A DNA stretch of 64,000 nt from contig LSRY02000020.1 of NCBI GenBank assembly GCA_001643675.2, forward strand, positions 744,001 through 808,000, given 5' to 3'. The notes below the pieces were generated by a model. The model ran no database searches and was not told the origin of the DNA. It saw only the letters and a list, made by a program, of their open reading frames with translations. Positions 46,601 to 56,835 of this stretch are shown here, one piece after another (the first letter of the stretch is position 1; each line of letters opens with the position of its first letter). Origin of the DNA: Monocercomonoides exilis PA203 (Eukaryota > Protista > Preaxostyla). The position numbers and the translations under genes are program-made.

Positions 46601-48302
46601 GAGAAGATGGCTGTTGAGAATTACTCAGACTGGAAAGCAAAGAGAAAGGAACACTCATTGAAGAAGAGGAAGGAAATGAAGAAGAAGAAGAAGAAGAAGA
46701 AGAAAATGTTGTTGTTAATGATGATGATGCTGAGGTTGTTGAAGGAGTTGAAGTGGAAGTGGAAGAGGAAGAGGAAGAGGAAGAGGAAGAGGAAGAGGAA
46801 GAGGAAGAGGAAGAGGAAGAGGAGAAGGTGAAAGAAGGTGTGGTGTTGTTTGGTGGGTGAATGGAAAAAGGCTGAGAGCTGGTTGCTGAAGTGTGTGAGC
46901 CCTGTGAATGGAGAGGAGAAGGAGAATTTGATTGAGAAAGAGAAGAAGAGGAAGAGGAAGAGGAAAAGGAAGAAGAAGAATTATTGTGAAGTGCAAAAGA
47001 TGTATTGTTTTCTGAGGAAAGAGGGGAAGAAGAGAGGGAAGAAGAAGAGGGAGAAGAGGAAGGAGAGATAGAGGTAGCTGAATCTGATGGAGGGATAAGC
47101 TCAAATGGAGTTTTTTCATTGGTTTTAGCTATTGTGCTTGTGCTTGTTGCTGCTGATGAAGAAGAAGAAGATGATGATGATGATGATGACGCAGAAGGAG
47201 AAGGAGAAGGAGAAGAAGGTTTTTCCTTAATTCCGTATCTTTTAGTCATTTCTTTTTCATTCTCCAGTCTCAGGCGCTCTCTCTCCTTCTCCTTCACATC
47301 GAGCAGGTTCGGCAGCAGCTTTGAGCGGGAGCTTTCTGTGCCGGAATCAACCCCAACGACGCTCACGTCGAATGTCGCGGTTTGTGCGAGCTTGATGCTG
47401 TCCAGCTTCGTTTTGCTGGAATACGACAGAGCAGCAAATGAGAACGACGGTGGGATCATTTTCTCGTCAATGTACAGCTCTCCGCAAGCGACGGTTTCGT
47501 GCGACGGAAGCTTTAAATTTATTTTTATTTTTCTGTTTTGTTCAGAAATGATAGGGTCGAAATATGACAGAGGCTGTCCTTTTGAGTTTGGAAGTTTGTA
47601 TGTGATTATAATTGAAGGATCATCACATAAGAATTTCACATGAGCCGCTAAATCTGCCTCTGAAGAAAAGTTATCGATTATGTTATGATATTTATCATGC
47701 AAGAGAATTTCGATCGTTGCTATTCCTCCATACAATAAGACAGAATTTGGATAAGTAATCTTGCAGGATGGTGGATGTATCGGCCCAGGAGAAATCGTTG
47801 CGTTGGATTGCACTTTCAGTGAAAAATCATATTTTATTTTGATATCATAATTTCCACTTTGTGATGCGCAATATTCCACAAGAAGCTCATTATTGCTCAA
47901 AATTTTTATTTCTTTTGACATCAATGGGCCAGGTCCAGTTATATCTACAGATGTGCGCCGCAATAATTGATTGATGTCTCCATCAGCCTTGATCGTAAAA
48001 GAAGTTTTGATGCCTGCTTCTCCCCTAAAAATCAAAATATGTATATTTTTGAATGAAAAAATCCAATTTGTTAACAATACTTTTTCAATCCAGCTCCATC
48101 AGCATGCAATGTTGTAATTTTGATCGCTTCTTTTGAGAAACTGGTTAATAATGGAGCAGTTGGAATTTGACTTTCAGTTGCACGAGAAGCTTTGTGATAA
48201 ATAAATCTCTTTAAAAAGAAGTTAATTTTTTAAATAACAGTGCAAACGACTTGCAGCATTTGTTGTAGTCGTGCTGCTCTGATCCGATGCAGTTGGCCCC
48301 AT
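41408..48302 (-). CDS. HECT E3 ubiquitin ligase with N-terminal filamin/Ig-like repeats and two C2H2-type fingers (AREL1-like)
   Basis: Filamin repeat HADGAGLKKGEAGIKTSFTI...VDITGP...VEY....SGNYDIKIKY; HECT motifs VSFENEPGIDDGGLLREW, FVGRVIGWAL, EELRIMLCG, FVKFCTGSS and catalytic LPTAHACFNEFDIPNY. Several introns; ATG at 48302. Confidence 0.9.
46762..46821. repeat. Perfect (GAAGAG)10 microsatellite encoding poly-Ser in the HECT gene
   Basis: Ten exact hexamer copies, one of many GAA/GAG/TCT tracts in the large genes. Confidence 0.9.
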
Positions 48303-48819
48303 CTCTTCTCTTGGGGAAAGATTATTGGGAAATGAATATTTTTATGATGGGTATAAATGAATTTGGTTTGAACAATTTTGGTTTGTTTGTTTTTTTGAAA
48401 CGCAATATAAAGAATGTGTTTCTCAAAATGTTTGATGATTTTTCTATTTGAAGTGAATCATTATTTTCAAATTTTTTGAAAAACAGTGTTTATTATTGTT
48501 TGAATTTCGATTAATAATTCAAAAATTCAATTACTAAATAATACTGTTTATGTCACATTTTTTGTTTATTTATAAGTGAATTTTTATTTTATCTTAATAA
48601 ATAAAATTATGTTCAACTGATGATCAAATTATTCCTTTGTTGAGTCAGAAAAAGATATTTGTTTAAAAGTTTGATCGTTTACATGAGTTTCTAGCTTAAT
48701 TGTTGCTTAATGATTTATTCCTTTATTATTCTTGGAAATAATTGAAATTTTTTATTTATTTGCTTTAAAAATATTATGTTATAAAACAATAATTTCATTA
48801 TCTTTGTTGTTCTATTAGA

Positions 48820-49330
48820 ATGGTGACACGTCTCCGTCAAACACGTAAGAAGCGTGGGCAAGTTACAATGGGTTATGGTCGCGTTGGAAAACATAGAAAG
48901 CATCCTTCAGGTCGTGGAAATGTTGGTGCTTTCTCATTCCACAGAATTTTGTTCGCAAAGTACCATCCTGATTATGTGGGGAAAGTTGGACAACGCCACT
49001 TTCATCGTCTGCCAAACAGAGAATACTGCCCAACAGTTAATGTTGACACTTTATGGTCATTAGTCTCTGAACAAAAGCGTAAGAGAATCAGAAAAGGAAA
49101 AATGCCAGTAATCGATGTTGTTCGTGCTGTATGTAACTTTTATTGAATTCATTTCGCATTTCATATAATTTGTGTTGTAATTTTAGGGATACTTCAAAGT
49201 TCTTGGAAAAGGACGTCTTCCAAAGATCCCAGTTTGCGTTCGTGCAAGATCGTTTTCAAAAGAGGCAGCAAGAAAGATCAGAGCAACAGGAGGATTAGTT
49301 CAAATCTTGTCTCATAAAAAGAAGCAGTAA
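48820..49330 (+). CDS. RPL27A: 60S ribosomal protein L27a (uL15), 2 exons
   Basis: [36 protein letters not shown] and LWSLV; intron 49129-49186; then [12 protein letters not shown]...[14 protein letters not shown] and TAA at 49330. Confidence 0.96.
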
Positions 49331-49638
49331 TCATTAACTCATGTCACCATTTTATTTCGGAGACTACAAAAAGATACATTTAAGAATTTTTGATAATCTT
49401 TTGTTTTTTGAGAAATCCTTATTTCATTAATGAAATTCCATTAGTCCGTTGACTTTTTCATTCAAAAGTTTCAAAAAGAAAAAATTAAAAATAAATTAAT
49501 TTTTCTTTAATTTGTTCTTGAAAATTGAAAAATCAATGAAAATGAAATTATAAATTATGTTATTTATATTTTGTTCAAAATCAATTTTGTAACAAATTTT
49601 TTCTGAAATGGATTGTGAAGTGAAAAAACGCTTCCACA

Positions 49639-51331
49639 CTATTTTTTGAAATGCGACTTTCTATGTATTGTTGAAAGAGGGTCTCTTTCTCTTCTTTGAA
49701 AAGAGCCACCTCTGTGTGATCCTCTTCCTCTGCTGTGTCCTCTGCGTTTTTCTGTGTCCACAATTCTTCCTCGCATCGATCCTTGTCTTTCTCCTGAGCC
49801 TCTTCCGCGGCTGCTCCCGCCTCTGCTTCCGCCTCTCCCTCCCCTCCATCCACTTCCCCCTCTCATCCCTCTCCCTCTCATTCCTCTTCCTCCAAACCCT
49901 CCTCTCCCTCTCCCTCTATTGCTCTGGAAGCTCCATTTATTCGTGCTTTTCTCTTCTTCCTTCTCCACTTCTGGAAGCCCAACAGCCTTTGTGGTGTCCA
50001 GAATGTACTGCGGAAGCGACTGGAGCTCTTTTTTCGTCTGCTTCTTCAGTCTGTTTTTGTCGATGGACGAAGGAGCAGAAGGGCGCAGCACAGAATCCTT
50101 CATCTGCAAGATCTGCTCCTTCACTTTCTCTCTCAGGATTCTTGCTGCCTCCTCGGCCACCTGGCTCGACTGGGACGCTGATGACGGTGAGGCAAACGGC
50201 AGAGAAGACGAGAAAGAAGAAGAGGAAGAGGAAGAAGAGGAAGAAGACGCCAAAGACAAAGAAGTGTCGTCAGACAGCGCGGACACAGCAGCAGGCGTCG
50301 ACGCCAGCTCAACAAGCGTCAGCTTCCTCGCCTTCAGCACTTCCGCTGTGATCTCCTTCTGAATCTCCTTCTTCACCACGCCCGTCGTCACTGAGGAGAG
50401 CGCGATGCTGCACCGATACTCCAGCCCTGCCATCGTCTCCTGGTCGACGGTGAGCTCAACTGCAGGCGGAAGGGTAGGCGCGGAGCTTGCTGCGGCTGAA
50501 GGAGAGTCAATTGACTGTGTCTTTGTGGGCGGGATAAGGATCGAGGCCAGGGGCGGGTCGACTGGTGTTATTAAGGTGATGGCAGTACCTGGTTGTTTGA
50601 TTAATGGTTAAGTATACAATGAAATAAAGAGAGTGTGTTTTTATATTTTGCAATTGAAGATATTAAAAATGAATTTAAGAAACGTTAAATATGCATTGAA
50701 TACAACATCATTATGAAAAAAATAATGACAATTCAAAAGTGTTTCAAAAAAAGAATAAAAAATAAAAATATTTTCAAACAAAAGAGTTAAAAACAATATT
50801 TTATTTCATACCTTTTTTCGTTCCTCTAGCTGTTCTTCCAATCTGATGGATGTACTGCTGACGTGTTTTTGGGCAGTCGAAGTTGATGACTGTCTCCACA
50901 CCGCAGAAGTCAAGCCCTCTTGACACTCCAAACTCGCCATCAGCAGAAGGTTTTTCTGAGTCTGATTGTTTTGAGCCTTTGGAAGAAGAAGAGGAAGAGG
51001 AAGAGGAAGAAGAGGATGAGGTTGAACTAACTTTGAATGATTCGTCAGTTGCAATCAGATAGTGGAACACCCCACGTGAAAATTGAGACAGAATGTGAGT
51101 TCTGTTTGAAACAAGATTTTGCAATTAAAATAAATTGCAATGATATCGGGAAAAAAAGAAAGTTTATAGTCAGAAATAAAAAGTAGCCATATATTCACTC
51201 AAACAACAAAAAAATATTTTTTCTCACAGCAAATAAACGAAATATTTCGCTCATTCACTTCAATCCCCTTCAAACACTCCATCCATCCATCCATCTTTCT
51301 CTCTTTCTCTTTCTCTCTCTCTCTTTCTCTT

Positions 51332-51362
<31 letters not shown>

Positions 51363-53354
51363 CTTTCTCTCTTTCTCTCTCCATCTCTCTCTCTATCTGT
51401 CTAACACACCTTGTCTTCACCGGCAAAAACGGGCTAAGCACCACAGCCTCCACCGAAAACAAGGAGAGGAAGATGCGCAGGCGGAAGGCGCGGTACACGT
51501 CGTCCACAAAGATCAGCACGGGTGGTCTGATCGAGCGAGTGACAAGAAGTGAATACAGCGTGTGGTAGCGGTTGAACAGCACGTCTGTGTAATCAGGTGT
51601 CGGAAGGTCGGGAGAAGGGTCAGAAAGAAACTGGAGAGAGGAGAGACTCGGAAGAGACGTGACAAATGGGGCGATTTCGGAGGAGGCTGTGGCTTCTTCT
51701 GTGGAAAGTGGGGCATCATCTTTTGTGTCTGAGGAAGAGGAGGAAGAGGAGGAAGAGGAGGATGCTGTTGGATCTTCAGTTTCTTCATCCTTTGATTTCT
51801 CTTGCTTTCTGTCTTTACTTTTATCTTTTTCATCATCTTCATCATCATCTTCGCTCTCTTTTTCTTCAATTTTTCTTCTTTTCTTTGTATTTTTATCTGA
51901 TTTTTCTGTTTCGTCTGAGTCATCTTTTTCATTATCCTTTTCTTCTTTCTCTTCTTCATCTTTTTCATCCTTCTCTTCGTCGCTTTCTTCTTCGCTTTCT
52001 TCTTCTTCTCCTTCTTCTTCCTTTTCCTCTTTTGATTCTGCTTCTTCTTTCTTCTTCTTCTCTTCTTCTTCTTTCAGTTTTTTCTCTTCCAATTCTTTCA
52101 ACATTTGATCTCTTTCTGCTTTCTCTTTCTTTTCTCGTTCTCTTTTCTCTTTCTTCTTCTGTGTCTTCGCTTTTCTTTTCATCAGAAGCAGGTTTTCAAG
52201 TTCGGCTTCTTCCAACTCTCTGAGCTGAAGCCTCTTCTTCCTCGCCTCCTGCTCCTTCTTTCTCTTCTCCTGCCTTTCTTCCTTTGTCAGAATGAAATCT
52301 CTGCCATATCCCGTTTCTTCATCCTCGTCATCGTCTGCTTCTTTCCCAACTCGTTCAGAGGCACTGCACAAAATGTAAAACTGAGACAACTGTGAAGCTT
52401 CAAGAACTTCCTGTACATCTATCATAGCCTAATTATTGTTCAAGTTGTGACACATATAAATTTGTTGCACATTTGTTCGGAAAATAAAAATTAAATTCGG
52501 AAATGAATGAAAAACAACGAAAAAAAGTTAGCAAAATAGCATAAACAACATAACATAGCATGCGGGAATATGAGGAGTACTAAAAAAGAGACAAAATGTA
52601 ATATTTCATACTGGTTGATGCAATACAATTCCTTTTTCATTAATATCTTCAGCATTCAAAGTTGCACTCATAAGCATAGCTTGATATCCAGATGGTGTGT
52701 GCTTTAAAATAGAGCGAACGCGAGCTGAAAAACAATAAATAATTTTGCAGAAATAAAAAAGAATCATTTCTTATTGAATTTGTTAAAAACCTTCTCCTTC
52801 TCCTTCAACTAATTTATCAGCTTCATCAAAAACAATAGTATTAACGTTTCTGAACATTGGTGCTAGATGTGCTTCCATTGTCAATAATGATTTTGGGGTT
52901 GTAATTAGAATAACGCATTCAAGATCCTTTGGTGTAAAAATTCTTCCACAGTTGCTCTTGGGGGTAAATGATCTCACCCTAACAGAATTCTCGCAAAATG
53001 CTCTAAAAACGTCTGTAACTTGATTACAAAGTTCTTTTGTTGGAAGTAAAATGAGGACTTGAATAGAATTTAAATCAATTTTCTGGACCATTGATGGCTC
53101 AGTAAACTTATTTAAAATTGGAAGCGCATAAGCTAATGTCTTTCCTGATCCTGTTCGGGCTCTAACAATAACATCTTCTCCCTATTTTAAAAATAATACA
53201 AAAATAATGTTAAATATTCAGAAAGAAATAAAAGCAGTACATTGAGGATCCGAGGTATAGTTTCCGTCTGAACTTTGGTAGGTGCAAATATTTTATTTCT
53301 TCGCATAATTTGCCGCAATTTTTGATTCAACAAACCAAACACAGAAGTGTCCAT
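49639..53354 (-). CDS. DDX56: DEAD-box RNA helicase of the DDX56/Dbp9 type (multi-exon)
   Basis: Q motif PTKVQ, motif [27 protein letters not shown], subfamily-like [10 protein letters not shown], motif [16 protein letters not shown]...SVT...KEI, and an RGG-rich C-terminal tail. Confidence 0.85.
51294..51395. repeat. (CT)n/(CTTT) microsatellite inside a DDX56 intron
   Basis: About 100 bp of near-pure CT repeats directly after the AG|GTGTGT donor on the minus strand. Confidence 0.85.
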
Positions 53355-53556
53355 TGTGAAAATGTCTATATTAAAGTAAATATTATTTCTTGATCAATTA
53401 ATTATTTCAAAAAAATTTCTCAAAAAATTTCATTATTATCTCATTGAAATAGTATCCCCAAAAACATTGTTCTTCAACAGCACTTCGTTATTTCAAAGTT
53501 TCTCTTTTTTCGTCAGTTCAAAAAACGAGATCAAAAATTCCAAAAAACAAGAATTA

Positions 53557-54822
53557 TTTTGTTCTGTTTGGTTTTGCTTTCAATTTTTTTGTCATTATTT
53601 TTTATATCACATATTTTTCATTTTAAAAAGCATGCTTTTGAAATTGGAAAAAAAATGCGGAAAAATAAGCCTGAAAAGTCCTTTCAATTTATATTTTAAT
53701 TTTTGACTATTGCACTCATAGATTATTATAATAAATAATAAGAATTCAAGGAACAATTAAAAAAATAGGATATTCAAAAAATTATAGAAAGTGGATGTTC
53801 AACATACAAAAAAAAGTTTTATGATTTCATAACGCCATTCATAATTCAAATTTGGTAAACTTATTATTCAAATTTATTCATTAATAGTATTTTTTAATTA
53901 AAAAAAATTTCAGTCGGATTTGGATGATTATTTTTGATATCATATTTTTTTCTGTCAAAATTTTCGGAATGAAAATTTGCATTATATAGTTAGTGTCAAT
54001 AATGGTGTACACTTTCAAAAACAATGGACAGTTGCAATTTCTCAGCAGCCATTGATAGTTGCATTTTGACAATAAACCCAATTATTCCCTCAATGAATGC
54101 AAACTTATAAGTCATACAGAAATGAAACAACTTGTCCCCAAGAATCAAAAACTTAACATTTTTTATTTTCGGAGAAACCCAAAAAAATTAAATACTCAAA
54201 ATTTTTTCGAAAATAAAAAATGTTAAGTTTTTGATTCTTGGGGACAAGTTGTTTCATTTCTGTATGACTTATAAGTTTGCATTCATTGAGGGAATAATTG
54301 GGTTTATTGTCAAAATGCAACTATCAATGGCTGCTGAGAAATTGCAACTGTCCATTGTTTTTGAAAGTGTACACCATTATTGACACTAACTATATAATGC
54401 AAATTTTCATTCCGAAAATTTTGACAGAAAAAAATATGATATCAAAAATAATCATCCAAATCCGACTGAAATTTTTTTTAATTAAAAAATACTATTAATG
54501 AATAAATTTGAATAATAAGTTTACCAAATTTGAATTATGAATGGCGTTATGAAATCATAAAACTTTTTTTTGTATGTTGAACATCCACTTTCTATAATTT
54601 TTTGAATATCCTATTTTTTTAATTGTTCCTTGAATTCTTATTATTTATTATAATAATCTATGAGTGCAATAGTCAAAAATTAAAATATAAATTGAAAGGA
54701 CTTTTCAGGCTTATTTTTCCGCATTTTTTTTCCAATTTCAAAAGCATGCTTTTTAAAATGAAAAATATGTGATATAAAAAATAATGACAAAAAAATTGAA
54801 AGCAAAACTAAACAGAACAAAA
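53557..54822. repeat. Long near-perfect palindrome P2: 615-bp arms (53557-54171, 54208-54822) with a 36-nt spacer
   Basis: Arms are reverse complements (coordinate sum 108379). One mismatch seen, G53570/T54809. An identical 66-aa ORF is reported on both strands (53881-54081 and 54298-54498). Confidence 0.95.
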
Positions 54823-54875
54823 AAGTAAAAATATTTTTTCCCCAATTCTCTGTATTTTTAACATAGTTCATTTGG

Positions 54876-54879
<4 letters not shown>

Positions 54880-54914
<35 letters not shown>
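54880..54914 (+). repeat. Poly(A)35 tract
   Basis: 35 consecutive A residues, 57 bp after palindrome P2; the longest homopolymer seen in the window. Confidence 0.9.
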
Positions 54915-54915
<1 letters not shown>

Positions 54916-56835
54916 ATTCGTGTGTGCAATACACCTCTAAAAATAATAAAATATGTATTTTTTTGATTAATACTCAAAAATTAATTAAATTAGCAACAAT
55001 TCACACCACAAAACAATTGTTTAATAAAAACTTGTAAAATAAATAATTCTCTCAACAACTGCAAATGAATAACAAGAAGTTGAATGTAATATTTAATCAT
55101 CACTTGCCAAAAATGAAATGGATTTTTAATAGTCCTCCGCTCTAGTGAGCGCAATGCGTCAAAAAAAGTTCTATAAATATTAGAAAATTGATGGATGAAC
55201 ATAAAACAAAAAAGTTCACATATTGGATGAAAATTATGTGAAACAAATTCTAAAAAATTTATAGAATTGGAAAATTTGACAACAAAAACACAATCTCTGC
55301 ATTTGTTAAAAACTTTAAAAAGATCATTATCCACAACCGAAAGAAAAAAGTACTTTCTAATTTGCATAATACAAATAATAACGCTATTTGAATCTTGTAA
55401 CCCTCTTCAAACTCATGTAACTGAATGATGATGTAAGATTAAGTGCGAAATGTGTTAATATCAAAAAGAGGAAGGCTGTTAACTTTCTTACGATAGAAAA
55501 TTGAAGTTTCAAGAAAATAACGAATTTTCTCCAAAGTTGATAATTCACGTGAAGAAAATCGATACTATAAGCATATAAGCAAATTAGTTACTCTGATGTT
55601 TTGATCTTTGTCTGTGAGTTCAGTTCAACAAATAAAATTATATGTACGCTGAAGAACTCTCCAAGATTCAAAACAATAGATAAAAGGCTAACTATACTTT
55701 TTACTATTTGATTTTATGATGCGCTGTTGATTTTGAAGAAGAAAAACGAGTTGAAAATGGACTTATTTGTGACTTGATGAATAAAACCACAACTTGAAAG
55801 TTGAAAGGGAAAATTCTCACATTTTCATTAGATTTCGAGAACCAACAATAAACTAATGCAAAATGATGCAGGATAAAACCACTCTTCACTTGTGGAAGTG
55901 AAAACAGAGAGTATTATTTAACTTGAGTTTAATCTGAAGATGAGCAACTTATATTTTCAAAGGAGCGCAAATTTCATCTTTCCATGAAGCATTGAATCTT
56001 CATATGTTGATTATAAGACGAAAAAATTCTCAAGAGTGAAAATAGGACAAGTCAAATTGTTGAATATTTGAGTGGCACCATAACTTTCGGATTAATTATA
56101 AATAATTTTTGTTTATTCAATAAAACATGATCAGGTTAGTTTGACAGAGTTATTTATAATATTTGACAACAAATTTGAATATTTTTGTTTTTTTATCTTT
56201 GCACATTATTTCTAATTTTGAAATAATATTTTTTCGATTTTTATTTAATTAAAGCCTGCTTCAAGGAAAATTAGCTTCATAGTAATCCATTTTTCATGAC
56301 ATCGTATGGACGTTATTAACTTGTTTATATTTTTAACTTTTCCCGAACCAATTATAACTCTTTTGCATTCAAAAAAACTTCAGGATTTGATTTCTGAGTT
56401 GTAAGATTCTATTAATTTCAAAACAACAGAAAAGCATTGAACAAATTGTACTGAATATGTTGTAAAAGATGCTTTTGCAGGAACTAATTGCCAAACTATT
56501 CGAGTCAGCACATCCCCAACTCTTTTGAGCATAACTATCATTCCAATACATTAAAAACGAAAACAATTACCTTTAACAGAAATTCCTATATGCATTCAAT
56601 GCATGAAAATGCATCAGAATATTTCCATGGGAAAAATACTGATACAAATTGCGAAAATATGCAAATTCCGCAACAAACAGCAGAAGTTACCTCTTCGCAA
56701 ATAAACCTTCACGACACTTTTTTCGTTTCTGCAATGCAATTAAAAATCATATGATCTTTCAAGCATGCCGAAGACAAAATAGATCAAAACGAATAAACCA
56801 TTCAAAGCTCGCAAAGCTTTGAAAAATAAGCCAAC

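Noticed and set aside
42711-47643. Many antisense and alternative-frame ORFs in the giant genes
   Set aside because: They are shadows of TCT/GAA-rich repeats that lack stop codons in other frames.
53881-54498. Identical 66-aa ORFs on opposite strands (MGLLSKC...)
   Set aside because: They start at TTG and are a by-product of P2 symmetry; the myristoylation-like start is not real.
4998-54822. P1 and P2 as classical MITEs or as the two ends of one large transposon
   Set aside because: Their outer termini are unrelated, no target-site duplication or transposase was seen, and housekeeping genes lie between them.
54920-56830. Possible decayed gene or retroelement ORF after the poly(A) tract
   Set aside because: Only short coding-like fragments interrupted by stops; no RT, endonuclease or transposase motif recognised. 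A tBLASTx search would be needed.
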